Assembly (NCBI GenBank): GCA_031400935.1
Contig: JANNQV010000045.1
Coordinates: 62,001 to 121,749, forward strand
Direction: 5' to 3'
DNA: 59,749 nucleotides
From: Armatimonadota bacterium
Lineage (GTDB): Bacteria > Armatimonadota > Fimbriimonadia > Fimbriimonadales > Fimbriimonadaceae
Numbering within the stretch: the stretch's first letter is position 1; every line of letters starts with the position of its first letter. Below are positions 9,638 to 19,801 of the stretch, piece after piece. A program made the translations under genes and the position numbers. The notes beneath the pieces are model-generated. The model did no database searches, had not been told where the DNA came from, and saw nothing but the letters and a program-made list of their open reading frames with translations.

Positions 9638-11064
9638 ATTCGTACGAGTCGTTCTTGAAACACCAGACCAGGCGGACTTTCCTTAAAACGGTTGGCTACG
9701 GAATCGGTAGCGCCGCTCTAACCTCCATGTTGTCATCTGAATCCCAAGCCAATAGATTAACGAATCGGACTTCAAATGAGCCAAGAGCCAAGCGTGTCAT
9801 CTGCCTCTTCATGGCAGGCGCGCCAAGCCAAATGGAGCTTTTCGACTTCAAGCCGTTTCTAACAAAGAATGACGGAGAAGTATGTCCTGACGAGTACTTG
9901 AACGGAGAGAGATTCGCCTTTATTCGCGGCAAACCGACTCTTTTAGGAACTCGTTACAAATTCGAACAAGCAGGGAAGTCGGGGCAATGGATCAGTGAAC
10001 AATTGCCACACCTGAAATCAGTTGCGGACGACATCTCTGTCATCCGTTCGATGCAGACGGACCAATTCAACCACGCTCCAGCACAACTTTTCATGAATAC
10101 CGGATTCCAGCTTCCGGGGCGGCCAAGCATGGGGGCTTGGCTCAGTTATGGCTTAGGGACTGAAAACAAAGACTTGCCAGCATTTGTGGTTTTGTTAAGC
10201 GGACTCAATGCTCCTGATTGCGGAAAATCGGGATGGGGTTCTGGATTCTTGCCTACCGTTCATCAAGGAGTAGAGTTTCGGTCCTCGGGCGATCCTGTCC
10301 TTTATGTGAACAATCCAGATGAGATTGATGCCGACCTTAGAAGAGCCTCCATAGATGCGATCAACGATCTCAATCGCATGAATTATCAGAAATATCTGGA
10401 CCCTGAAATTGACACGAGAATCAAGCAATATGAGCTTGCCTTCCGGATGCAGACAAGCGTTCCTGAACTGATGGATATTAAGAAAGAGAGTCAGGAAACA
10501 CTTGAAATGTATGGTGCTGAGCCAGGGAAGAAAAGTTTTGCCAATAATTGCTTGCTTGCCCGAAGACTAGTTGAACGAGATGTTCGATTTATTCAGCTCT
10601 ATCATCGCGGTTGGGATCATCATGGAACGAGTCCGGGCGATGACCTTGGCCACAATTTGCCTCAAAGATGCCAAGAGACTGACAAGCCAGCCGCCGCTCT
10701 GATTAAGGATTTAAAGCAAAGAGGGCTACTTGATGAAACGATTGTGATTTGGTGCGGTGAATTTGGCCGAACTCCAATGATGGAAGCTCGAGGCGGCGAC
10801 CGGACGTATGCCGGACGAGACCATCACCCTCGGGCATTTAGCATTTGGGTTGCGGGCGGCGGATTCAAGCCGGGGCTATCGTACGGCGCGACAGACGACC
10901 TTGGATACAACGTGGTAAAAGATCCAGTACACGTCCACGATCTGCACGCAACAATTCTTCATCAATTGGGAATTGACCACAAGCAACTAACTTTCAAGCA
11001 CATGGGAAGGGATTTCAGGCTAACAGATGTGCATGGCAATGTGGTTGACGGACTGTTGAAATAG
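9634..11064 (+). CDS. DUF1501 family protein (Tat signal)
   Basis: TRRTFLK twin-arginine signal, [34 protein letters not shown]. Confidence 0.92.
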   Translation: MNSYESFLKHQTRRTFLKTVGYGIGSAALTSMLSSESQANRLTNRTSNEPRAKRVICLFMAGAPSQMELFDFKPFLTKNDGEVCPDEYLNGERFAFIRGKPTLLGTRYKFEQAGKSGQWISEQLPHLKSVADDISVIRSMQTDQFNHAPAQLFMNTGFQLPGRPSMGAWLSYGLGTENKDLPAFVVLLSGLNAPDCGKSGWGSGFLPTVHQGVEFRSSGDPVLYVNNPDEIDADLRRASIDAINDLNRMNYQKYLDPEIDTRIKQYELAFRMQTSVPELMDIKKESQETLEMYGAEPGKKSFANNCLLARRLVERDVRFIQLYHRGWDHHGTSPGDDLGHNLPQRCQETDKPAAALIKDLKQRGLLDETIVIWCGEFGRTPMMEARGGDRTYAGRDHHPRAFSIWVAGGGFKPGLSYGATDDLGYNVVKDPVHVHDLHATILHQLGIDHKQLTFKHMGRDFRLTDVHGNVVDGLLK

Positions 11065-11144
11065 GGCGTGTCTTGGGCGTCCCGCCCAAGACACGCCAAT
11101 TCAAACTTTCAAACCTGTCCTTGGGCGGGACGCCCAAGACACGC
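11065..11144. repeat. REP-like palindrome doublet between convergent genes
   Basis: GGCGTGTCTTGGGCG-TCC-CGCCCAAGACACGCC (perfect 15-bp stem, 11065-11097) plus an inverted copy CTTGGGCG-GGA-CGCCCAAGACACGC (11120-11144). Confidence 0.8.
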
Positions 11145-11145
11145 A

Positions 11146-11901
11146 CTAGTTCAAAGCATGCATTTCGCTCGAACCTTCATGAATAGAGAGTTGAGCCTGC
11201 AAAATTTCGGCCTTTTTGCGCGAAATCCCTGTGAGAATCGTCACAGGGAGTTCGGTCAGCATGAGCTTCACTTGGTTTCTGTTCAATGCCAAAATGTGCT
11301 GCAAAGCATTGATTAAATCTTCGTTCTTGTGTCCTGAGCCTGTCAAAACAAGCTCATAGAGACGATCATCATCTGTGACCGCATACGCTCGCATTACATG
11401 CTTTACTGTTCCATCTGTTGTTGCCAGTGGAATTTCGTGGTCGCATTCTTCACAGATTAGTACTTCATTTTTTTCTGAATAGTAGTTAAGTGTGTTGCAA
11501 TAACCGCAGCGAACCTGTTGAACCTCCAGAATTTTCCCATCGAGAACCGGGATTAAGCGGTTACACCCGCCGCAGCGAAAATCATCTTCTGGAAACGAAG
11601 TGAATTCGTTGTTGTCATGACAATACACGCATTCAATATCCACCGACGTAACTTTCTTGACTTGTGTGGTCTGGTAGAGCGCAAAGAGAACTCCGCCAAC
11701 GCCAGCTAATATCAACACCCAGGCAAGACCAAGTAAGTAGCCGTCGCCTCGATATCTGAATAATAGGCCGGCAAACGCAATTGCAACAATTCCGCTTATT
11801 CCAAAAACGAGCCCTTTTTCGCCCAGCCTTTCAAGGATGTCGGACTTCCGTTCTGCCTTCGGCTCAATGAGTTCGATAGATTCTAGTTCGGGTTCTGCCA
11901 T
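11146..11901 (-). CDS. Membrane protein with tandem zinc ribbons and a C-terminal L7/L12-CTD-like domain
   Basis: Two TM helices; CVYC, CGGC, CGYC, CEEC; C-terminal YELVLTG...L.ELPVTIL.G.SR..AE.L..QL...G pattern. Confidence 0.6.
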   Translation of the reverse strand: MAEPELESIELIEPKAERKSDILERLGEKGLVFGISGIVAIAFAGLLFRYRGDGYLLGLAWVLILAGVGGVLFALYQTTQVKKVTSVDIECVYCHDNNEFTSFPEDDFRCGGCNRLIPVLDGKILEVQQVRCGYCNTLNYYSEKNEVLICEECDHEIPLATTDGTVKHVMRAYAVTDDDRLYELVLTGSGHKNEDLINALQHILALNRNQVKLMLTELPVTILTGISRKKAEILQAQLSIHEGSSEMHALN

Positions 11902-11960
11902 ATTCCCAATGAGATTACCGGGAAAAGGTGTGCAAGGTCTACGGTGATCGCTAGATTCTG

Positions 11961-12797
11961 TTAACCGCCGCCACCTGTAGATGGTTTCGAAGGAAGTCGC
12001 GTATCGGTATTAGTGGGCGGAATCGCCTTTCCAATCCCTTCGGGCAATACGGGAACAGCAGGTTCAACTATTCCTCCTTGTTGCTTCTTCTTGTCAACTT
12101 CTGGAATGATCAATACGGCGTTATCGCCCTGAGGGAATACGCTAAATCCGAATTTCATCCCCATTTCTTCAAGAACTTGCATGGCTGAATAACCACTGTA
12201 GTTCACCGAAATGTCCGGATCTTCTAAATTCGGCGCAATCTCCATTCGAATGCCAGATTGTTTCCCCAAAGCATCAAGCGCTGTGTGCAAAGAAATCCTT
12301 TCAAAACGAAGTGTTACAATTTTGCTAACGGGTGGCGTATTTCCTTCTGGTTTGTCCTCTATGATTCTTGGTTCGTCATCGTCACGAGGCAGGTTTTGTG
12401 GAATCACCGGATTGTTCTGATTGTTGTTTGATCGAACGATTGGCAGTCTCGTAACACCGCTAGGAATTGGATCGGGAACTTGAACCGGATTTATCACCGA
12501 AAGTGTAAATGTGTAGCTTGCATAAGCCATCACGCCCAACAATGCTGTAGCCGGAACCCAAGTCCACTTCGGCCAAGCGAAAGTAGGCTTTGAGCTACGC
12601 GGAACCTCGAATCGGGGCGGTCCGAACGGTCCTTCATGTGGCCGTGCGCCTTTCAGTTGCCTTACCATGCCAAGTCTTTTTAGGAGTTCGCCACGCTGTT
12701 CTGGATAACGATCTCCGAATTCGTTGATCGCTTGATCATCGCCAGATTCCGCGACCGACCACAAAAGTGTTTCGATTTCTGGCGGAATTCGGTTCAT
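11961..12797 (-). CDS. Putative anti-sigma factor with periplasmic STN-like domain
   Basis: Overlaps the ECF sigma stop; single TM helix, Pro-rich linker, VTLRFERISLHTALDALGKQSGI... STN-like segment. Confidence 0.6.
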   Translation of the reverse strand: MNRIPPEIETLLWSVAESGDDQAINEFGDRYPEQRGELLKRLGMVRQLKGARPHEGPFGPPRFEVPRSSKPTFAWPKWTWVPATALLGVMAYASYTFTLSVINPVQVPDPIPSGVTRLPIVRSNNNQNNPVIPQNLPRDDDEPRIIEDKPEGNTPPVSKIVTLRFERISLHTALDALGKQSGIRMEIAPNLEDPDISVNYSGYSAMQVLEEMGMKFGFSVFPQGDNAVLIIPEVDKKKQQGGIVEPAVPVLPEGIGKAIPPTNTDTRLPSKPSTGGGG

Positions 12798-13360
12798 ATT
12801 CCCACCTTTTCATAAAAAACTTTGAATCTCTCTCGTGCTCGATATAGCCTAGTTTTCGCGGCATTTTCACTGCAATCGAGGCTTGAAGCGATTTCTGCAA
12901 GGCTCATCTCTTCCCAATAAAAAAGTACGATCAAAGCTCGGTCGTTCGGGACTAGTTGCGAAAGTGCGACTGAGATATCGGGGTCGCCAACCAATGCTTC
13001 TGGAGTGCGCTCTTCCGAAATCTGTTCATTGAGTTCCGTTTGGCGAAGCCGATACTTAGTTTTTCTTCCAAATTGGATGCTACGGTTTACTGCAATTCGA
13101 AAGAGCCAAGTCCCAAATTTGGATCGGCGATCAAAATTTGCCAAATGCTTATAGACCTGCGTGAAAATCTCTTGCACGGCGTCGGCGGCGTCATCGGCAT
13201 CCAGCAAAATTCCGCGAGCAACAGAGTACACCTTTTCGTAGTACTTCGCGTAAATCTGCTCAAACGCACCTTGTTCGCCCGAGAGGAATCGCTCGACATA
13301 TCGGGCATCCTCATCTTGAGGGATTTCACGCACCGTTTCTAGAATAGTTGACACCACCAA
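12794..13360 (-). CDS. ECF RNA polymerase sigma factor
   Basis: DAADAVQEIF, F.TWLFRIAVN, region-4 HTH (SLAEIA...AAKTRLYRAR). Confidence 0.93.
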   Translation of the reverse strand: MVVSTILETVREIPQDEDARYVERFLSGEQGAFEQIYAKYYEKVYSVARGILLDADDAADAVQEIFTQVYKHLANFDRRSKFGTWLFRIAVNRSIQFGRKTKYRLRQTELNEQISEERTPEALVGDPDISVALSQLVPNDRALIVLFYWEEMSLAEIASSLDCSENAAKTRLYRARERFKVFYEKVGI

Positions 13361-13460
13361 TTTCCTTTGACGCTCGAAACCGTTTGCGCGTCACTACTAT
13401 AGACGTTTCGAGTCATAGTTTAGGTCGAGAATAGATTCAGAGGTGGATTCTCCTTTCTTG

Positions 13461-13691
13461 CTACAAAAGTCGTTGCTCTTTCCACGCAGCGAACTCCGGC
13501 CCCCACAGTATCGGAAACTCGGTCTCCCCCGTTTCCAACATCAATTCGATGTATTTTGCGCACATCCCGCAGCCTGAAGTGCATCCAAATTGGCTCTTGA
13601 TTTGCTCCATAGAGGTAAGTCCACTTTCCTTCAAGACCTGAAAAGGAATGTTGAAGCAGATGCACTTTATGACGGGATATGGGGATTGCAT
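13461..13691 (-). CDS. BFD-like (2Fe-2S)-binding protein
   Basis: CIC...CTSGCGMC motif; ATG at 13691 (ORF track 13712). Confidence 0.72.
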   Translation of the reverse strand: MQSPYPVIKCICFNIPFQVLKESGLTSMEQIKSQFGCTSGCGMCAKYIELMLETGETEFPILWGPEFAAWKEQRLL

Positions 13692-13811
13692 TGTGGGAGT
13701 GCGTCCGACCACGTCGGCACTTTTTACGGAATCTTAGAGGAACATTTGAACCTGAATTTTTATGGGATTTGAAATCAAAGCGCCGACATCGTCGGACGCC
13801 CTTCCAAAACA

Positions 13812-14612
13812 TCACGCATCCAAAACGCCAGAAAGAATGATTTGCGCATGGCCGGAAAGCATCACTCGCTCGCCCATGAACTCTACGCCAACTGTTCCGC
13901 CGCGCTTCGAAAGCTGCCTTCCAACAAGTTTGTTGCGCCCCAATCTTCCTGCCCAATAAGGGGCCAAAGCGCAATGCGCTGAACCTGTGACGGGGTCTTC
14001 TGGTACGCCTGATCCAGGCGCGAAGAATCTAGAAACAAAGTCGTATTCTTTGCCTTCCGCCACAGCCGTTGCAACCAATCCACGTAAACCAAGTTCGATG
14101 ATGGAAATGTAATCGGGGTCAATGGCTCGAATCTGCGCTTCATTTTCAAAAACCACAAACCAATCCAGCCCATATGCAAGAACATCAACAGGCGTATCTT
14201 TCAGTCCCAGCGCATTTGCGATGGTTTTCAAACTTGGCGAGCCATAGGGCTTTGGGGGTTTGGCCGGGAAGTCCATTTCGATGATTCCGTTACCGGATTG
14301 CGAGCAATGCAACAAACCGCTTGCCGTGCTGAATGTAATGATGTTTATCGCCATCGCTCGGTCAAAAAGCACTTTGGCGCTTGCCAAAGTGGCATGGCCA
14401 CACAGCGAAACTTCGACTGTTGGAGTGAACCAGCGCAAGCCAAAATTGCCGTCGCTCGGCCAAACAAATGCGGTTTCAGAGTGGTTCATTTCTGCGGCGA
14501 CTTTTTGCATCCAATCCGATGCGGGTTCAGAATCTAAAAGGCAAACTCCGGCGGGGTTGCCTTCAAAAGGGTTCTCAGCAAAGGAGTCAACTACATAAAT
14601 TGGAACGGGCAT
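13812..14612 (-). CDS. PhzF family isomerase
   Basis: GNPAGV, SETAF, RWFTP..EV.LCGHATLA, EDPVTGSAH. Confidence 0.93.
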   Translation of the reverse strand: MPVPIYVVDSFAENPFEGNPAGVCLLDSEPASDWMQKVAAEMNHSETAFVWPSDGNFGLRWFTPTVEVSLCGHATLASAKVLFDRAMAINIITFSTASGLLHCSQSGNGIIEMDFPAKPPKPYGSPSLKTIANALGLKDTPVDVLAYGLDWFVVFENEAQIRAIDPDYISIIELGLRGLVATAVAEGKEYDFVSRFFAPGSGVPEDPVTGSAHCALAPYWAGRLGRNKLVGRQLSKRGGTVGVEFMGERVMLSGHAQIILSGVLDA

Positions 14613-14775
14613 GGCGATAGACTACCGCCAAATAGGTCTTTTTTGGGAGTGCGCGGGCAATGAGGTTCGTTGGGTGTAGCTGAGTATTGATTTTTGCTCG
14701 AAACTGATTGTCAGATACAAATCCGAGCTATTCCCAGCAATGCCCAGCAAAATAAACAAGCAAGAATTGCCAAAG

Positions 14776-16623
14776 CTAGTTAGGCAACGGAAGCCCAAAC
14801 GCTCCAAGCCATTCTCGCAGCTTTTGGATCCGAGTTGGAATGTCGGTTGGCAGTACAAATGGACGGCCTCGAGCATCAACAATGATTCCAACAGTTCCGC
14901 CCTCTAGCTTCATCGAGCCTGATTTGCCTTTTCCAAACCCAACATCAAAATTCTTAGACGGTTCGATATTGACTTGTTTGAACTCATCTAAACCGCACGG
15001 AATAACTACCAGTTCGCCAAATTTGACCGCCTGATTAATCCCTTCGCCAGAAATTGTAACAACCAGTTCACCGTCCTTCGCAGTCCCAACTGGCGAGATG
15101 CAATGGCCGCACTTTACGATGCAATCGTATTCAAAAACCTGCCTTGCGGCTTCATAAAGATGTTCGCTTAGCACGCCAAGGTGGGGCATCATGAAGATGG
15201 AATCAACGGTGAGCATCGTAATGCCTTCTGGCTGATATGCATCCATCATCATTAAGGAGGATTGGGCGCGTTCAGGAGCATGTGATAAAACCCCTCCCGA
15301 ACCGATAACCATGTGCAAATCCATCATCTTGACCAATGTGCTGCCAGATGCACTTTGGTCAAAAATTTGGCCAATATCTCGTTGTTGCTGAGAACCCGTT
15401 AGTCCTCTAGCAAGAGATTTGTGGTGGTCGAACGCTAATCGTAGAGCTTCTCGGGCGACAGCATGTTCGATCAGCAAATCTTCATAGGTCTGCGGAATAG
15501 TCGTCGGGCGAATCATCTTGTTTCGAAGCCGGTTGCGAACTTCAGCCGGATCAATTTCAAAGGGTAACCAGCGCACGATATTGGCAATTCCCGCTTCTTT
15601 CAAGACGTTGCAAATTGAATACGACATCCCCAAATTTGCTGATACGGTTCGATTGTAAACACTCCCGAAAACTGAGAAAACGTCAGTTGTGGCTCCTCCG
15701 ATATCAACTCCGAGAACATTGATTTTCTCTTGATCGGCATAAGATTTCATCAGCTTGCCAACTGCATTTGGCGTAGCCATGACCTCTTCGCTCGTCCATT
15801 CCAACAACTTGCTGTAGCCTGGAGCCTGCTGCATTACGTGCTCCAAAAACATTTCATGGATTTCGTCGCGAGCCGGGTCAAGATTTTCGCGTTCCAATGT
15901 CGGGCGCAGATTGTCAACAACTTTAAGTTCAATCTTGCCGTCGAGGACCTTTTCAACATCACTTGATGCGTCCTTATTTCCAGCGTATATAACGGGTAAT
16001 TTCATGTCGCCAAAGCGTGGTTTTGGATCGGCGCGAAGTACGACTTCAGCCATTTCGATGAGGTGAGATTTTGTTCCGCCATCGGTTCCGCCGGACATCA
16101 AAATAATGTCCGGGCGAAGCTGCCGAAGTCTTTCGACCTTTTGATAATCCTTTCTTCCATCGTCAATCGCTAAGGTATCCATCAGAATCGCGCCTGCGCC
16201 AAGCGCAGCACGTTCCGCAGATTCGGCCGACATCGCTTTGACGACTCCTGCAACCATCATTTGAAGGCCGCCGCCAGCTGACGAAGTGGAAACATACATA
16301 TCGGAACCGTCGTTTTCACCGCCGCGAGGCTCAAGCTCTTTGCCTTGCTTGAATCGCTTCCAAACCTTTCCGTCTTTGATCAGTTTTCGACGAGCAACTT
16401 TGAATCCTTCGGCTTCTGGAACAGCAGCTTCAGTAATTTCTTCCAGTTCGGTGATTGCATTAAGTACACCCATCGTGACGTCTTCAAACGGTTTTTCAAC
16501 TGTTGTAGGTGCCTCTCCTCGCGCCACAAGGCGATAGTTGCCTTGTGGATTTTGTTCAATGAGGATGGCTTTTGTGGTCGTGGACCCGCAGTCGGTCGCT
16601 ACTATTCGCTTTATGTCGGACAT
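14776..16623 (-). CDS. Glutamate mutase L (GlmL)-like ASKHA ATPase / reactivating factor
   Basis: TDCGSTTTKA, SSAGGGL.M, LGAGA, GGTDGG, DIGGATTDVFS, GSGGVL motifs. Confidence 0.8.
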   Translation of the reverse strand: MSDIKRIVATDCGSTTTKAILIEQNPQGNYRLVARGEAPTTVEKPFEDVTMGVLNAITELEEITEAAVPEAEGFKVARRKLIKDGKVWKRFKQGKELEPRGGENDGSDMYVSTSSAGGGLQMMVAGVVKAMSAESAERAALGAGAILMDTLAIDDGRKDYQKVERLRQLRPDIILMSGGTDGGTKSHLIEMAEVVLRADPKPRFGDMKLPVIYAGNKDASSDVEKVLDGKIELKVVDNLRPTLERENLDPARDEIHEMFLEHVMQQAPGYSKLLEWTSEEVMATPNAVGKLMKSYADQEKINVLGVDIGGATTDVFSVFGSVYNRTVSANLGMSYSICNVLKEAGIANIVRWLPFEIDPAEVRNRLRNKMIRPTTIPQTYEDLLIEHAVAREALRLAFDHHKSLARGLTGSQQQRDIGQIFDQSASGSTLVKMMDLHMVIGSGGVLSHAPERAQSSLMMMDAYQPEGITMLTVDSIFMMPHLGVLSEHLYEAARQVFEYDCIVKCGHCISPVGTAKDGELVVTISGEGINQAVKFGELVVIPCGLDEFKQVNIEPSKNFDVGFGKGKSGSMKLEGGTVGIIVDARGRPFVLPTDIPTRIQKLREWLGAFGLPLPN

Positions 16624-16724
16624 GATTCTTGCAAATTATGGCTGAATCGTCGCGATTTGAACTTACCGGAGACGGAAACGCCTCATCTGGTTATAATGGA
16701 ACCAGTATCGGTCGGAGGCAGGGA

Positions 16725-17864
16725 TTGGCAGGCGTTACATTTCAAAGCATTTCAAAATTATTTGGGAAGGATGTTCGGGCAGTTGATGACCTGAATTTGA
16801 GCATCAACGACCAAGAATTCATGGTTCTGGTCGGTCCATCGGGCTGTGGCAAGACAACTGCATTGCGAATGATCGCCGGACTAGAAGAAGCTACGGCTGG
16901 AGATATTTTGATTGGCGAGCGGCGAGTCAATGATGTGGCTCCAAAAGATCGCGACATCGCCATGGTGTTCCAAAATTACGCGTTATATCCTCACATGAAC
17001 GTGTACGACAACATTGCGTTTGGGCTCCGATTACGAGAGCTAAAGGGATTTTTCTGGCAGGTTTCGCACATGGCAGATGCTAGAAACGTTAAGCAAGACA
17101 TAGACAAACGGGTTCGTGAAACCGCTACAATGCTGGGCATCGAGCAACTGTTGGATCGAAAGCCTAAACAACTTTCCGGTGGGCAAAGGCAACGAGTTGC
17201 CTTGGGTCGGGCAATTGTTCGGAAGCCAAAAGTTTTCTTAATGGACGAGCCGCTTTCAAACCTTGATGCAAAACTCAGAACCCAAACAAGAGCCGAACTA
17301 ATACGACTGCATCGAGACCTTGGAATTACGACGATTTACGTGACTCACGATCAAGTTGAAGCAATGACTATGGGGCAGCGAATTGCCGTAATGAACAACG
17401 GCGTGCTTCAACAATGCGACACGCCTGACAATGTTTACACCAAGCCAGTTAACAAGTTCGTAGCTGGATTCATCGGTTCACCGCCAATGAACTTTGTAGA
17501 AGCCACTATTGAAAGAAATAGAGTTGCTGGCAACGGGATTTCGATAGGATTGCCAGAAGGCCATGCCGCTTTGGCCTCTCATTCGGGCAAAAAAGTGACT
17601 TTAGGGATTCGGGCAGAATCAATTTTCGCCTCCTCAGCTATTTCTCAGATTAAGAAGGGCGAAGCGAATTTCTTCTCGGCTACTGTTGATGTTCTCGAAC
17701 CTCTGGGGCATCAATATGTCGCCTATCTAAAGGCGGGAGAAACATCTCTGATTGCAACGCTGGATAATAGTTCCAAGCTCAAGGTAGACGATACAGTTGA
17801 GTTTCTTGTCGCTCTCGATGAAGTTCATCTGTTCGATCTTGAAACTGAACTCGCAATCCGCTAG
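16725..17864 (+). CDS. Sugar ABC transporter ATP-binding protein (UgpC/MsmX family)
   Basis: GPSGCGKT, VFQNYALYPHM, LSGGQRQR, MDEPLSNLDA. TTG start at 16725 follows GGAGG; ORF track start is 16629. Confidence 0.93.
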   Translation: MAGVTFQSISKLFGKDVRAVDDLNLSINDQEFMVLVGPSGCGKTTALRMIAGLEEATAGDILIGERRVNDVAPKDRDIAMVFQNYALYPHMNVYDNIAFGLRLRELKGFFWQVSHMADARNVKQDIDKRVRETATMLGIEQLLDRKPKQLSGGQRQRVALGRAIVRKPKVFLMDEPLSNLDAKLRTQTRAELIRLHRDLGITTIYVTHDQVEAMTMGQRIAVMNNGVLQQCDTPDNVYTKPVNKFVAGFIGSPPMNFVEATIERNRVAGNGISIGLPEGHAALASHSGKKVTLGIRAESIFASSAISQIKKGEANFFSATVDVLEPLGHQYVAYLKAGETSLIATLDNSSKLKVDDTVEFLVALDEVHLFDLETELAIR

Positions 17865-18100
17865 GGTTCGACCACGATCGAATTGCTGATTTCTGCATTT
17901 CCAGTTGAGCTGACCGAGTCAGGTGTTCCGCCAAAACGAGCAAACGTCTTTTTGGCCGCGTAGTTCGCTGTACTTGCACCTATGGAAGCTACTAACAAAA
18001 AAAGCACATAGATGTTAAGAATTGACTTGGTTAGCTTTGCGATTTGCATTTTTTGTGCGCCTTGAGAGTGTTGAACGATCGATGCATCAAAATGATCCAA
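17861..18100 (-). CDS. Small hypothetical membrane/secreted protein
   Basis: 79-aa ORF with one hydrophobic helix fills the intergenic gap; start uncertain. Confidence 0.35.
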   Translation of the reverse strand: MDHFDASIVQHSQGAQKMQIAKLTKSILNIYVLFLLVASIGASTANYAAKKTFARFGGTPDSVSSTGNAEISNSIVVEP

Positions 18101-18167
18101 CCGTTAGGGCAAATGGTCTATTTGTCGAGTGCGGTCACAAATAGAAATCACGTAGACTGATGATGCC

Positions 18168-18875
18168 ATGCAATGTCTTAAAGTAATTTGTGCACTTGAT
18201 ACAGGAGATGTAGCCGAGGCCGTCGGAATTGTAGAGCGTCTTTGCCCATTTGTGGGTGCTTTCAAGATCGGCCATGCATTGACACTGCAACATGGATTGT
18301 CTGTAATGGACCGGCTCAGAGAAGCTGGGGCAAAGAGAATCTTCTTGGATTTGAAGTTCCACGATATTCCTAATTCAGTTGCCTTGGCAGTTCGGGAAGC
18401 CATGAAACACGGGGTGTGGATGATGACTCTTCACACGTCCGGCGGGCCAGCGATGATGACAGCAGCTGTTGAAGAAGCGCAGGCGATGGGCGATGAATTC
18501 GCTCCTTTGCTGATGGGTGTTTCGGTCTTGACAAGCCTCGACCAAGTGACCATGACTCGCGATATTGGAATTGAACGTTCTATAGAAGAGCAGATGATTT
18601 ACATGAGCCGACTAGCCATTGAATGCGGCCTAAACGGGGTGATTTGCCCGGCTCCTGAGGTAGCAAATGTTCGGGTTGCAATTGGACACGAAGGAGTCAT
18701 TGTCACACCGGGAATTCGATTGTCTTCCGGCGCCACCCATGATCAACAGCAGGTTGGAACGGCAGAACAAGCGCTTGCCGACGGCGCAGATTACCTTGTA
18801 ATTGGGCGCGCACTTGTAGATAGCCCCAACCCGATGCAGATTCTGGACCAAATGGGATTTTCGGTTAAAAGATGA
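18168..18875 (+). CDS. pyrF: Orotidine-5'-phosphate decarboxylase
   Basis: ALD, FLDLKFHDIPNSV, VTPGIR, LVIGR. Confidence 0.96.
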   Translation: MQCLKVICALDTGDVAEAVGIVERLCPFVGAFKIGHALTLQHGLSVMDRLREAGAKRIFLDLKFHDIPNSVALAVREAMKHGVWMMTLHTSGGPAMMTAAVEEAQAMGDEFAPLLMGVSVLTSLDQVTMTRDIGIERSIEEQMIYMSRLAIECGLNGVICPAPEVANVRVAIGHEGVIVTPGIRLSSGATHDQQQVGTAEQALADGADYLVIGRALVDSPNPMQILDQMGFSVKR

Positions 18876-19801
18876 CCGGAATCTTCTTACCACTTTTGTT
18901 TGCCATGAATCTGCTGGGATTGTCATCAGTTCAACTCTCCGCCATCGCAAAATCAGTTGCGGAGCAGGCAATAGTTGAATTCAAAGCAAAAGACCTGAAA
19001 TCGGATGAAGTTGAGATCAGCATCGTATCGATTGATTCGAACAGATCAAATTGGGTACAGGGTTCATTCAATGGGGATGTGAATATGTATCCTGCCAGCG
19101 TTGTAAAATTGCTATACGCAGCCTACCTGGCGAATCTACTTGATTCGAAAAGGGTGAAGTTCACGCCAGAACTGGACCGGGCCACCAAGGACATGCTCGT
19201 TGAGTCAAGCAATGATGGTACGGCGCTTGTTGTTGATACAATTACTGGAACAACTGGAGGGCCGGAGCTTTCACCTGGAGATCTGAAGAAGTGGATGGAG
19301 AAACGCCAAGCGGTCAACAAGTGGCTCGCAAAACTTGGCTACGAAAATCAAAATGCATGCCAGAAGCCATGGAACGAAGGTCCATACGGACGAGAACGCC
19401 AAGGGTATGGAGTGAACCTGAAGCATCGAAACAGCTTAAGCCCAAATGCATGCTCACGTATGATGGCTGAAATTGTATTGGCTAAAGTTGCAAGTAAAGC
19501 TCGCTGTGATTGGCTTCTGGGATACATGAAACGCAGCATTGGAGAAAACGGGAATGACATTGGAGGACAATCAAAAGGATTTCTTGGCGAGTCACTTCCC
19601 AATGGGACAGAGTTTTGGTCTAAGGCAGGATTGGCTTACGAAGTTCGCCACGATGTTTGCTATTTCAAAACACCCGACAAACGCGAATTCGTACTTGCCG
19701 TCTACACCGATCGTCATGGATCGAATCAAAATCTCCTGCCGTATATCGGGCGACAAATTTGGACCAGGCTGAACGAAAATCGAGGAGTTTCTGATAAATG
19801 A
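18872..19801 (+). CDS. Serine hydrolase, class A beta-lactamase-like
   Basis: YPASVVKL (SxxK), SSN, WSKAG; signal peptide. Confidence 0.85.
   Translation: MTGIFLPLLFAMNLLGLSSVQLSAIAKSVAEQAIVEFKAKDLKSDEVEISIVSIDSNRSNWVQGSFNGDVNMYPASVVKLLYAAYLANLLDSKRVKFTPELDRATKDMLVESSNDGTALVVDTITGTTGGPELSPGDLKKWMEKRQAVNKWLAKLGYENQNACQKPWNEGPYGRERQGYGVNLKHRNSLSPNACSRMMAEIVLAKVASKARCDWLLGYMKRSIGENGNDIGGQSKGFLGESLPNGTEFWSKAGLAYEVRHDVCYFKTPDKREFVLAVYTDRHGSNQNLLPYIGRQIWTRLNENRGVSDK

Noticed and set aside
18872..19801. True beta-lactam resistance gene
   Set aside because: SxxK, SSN and KAG fit the broad class A-like serine hydrolase family; activity cannot be inferred from the sequence.
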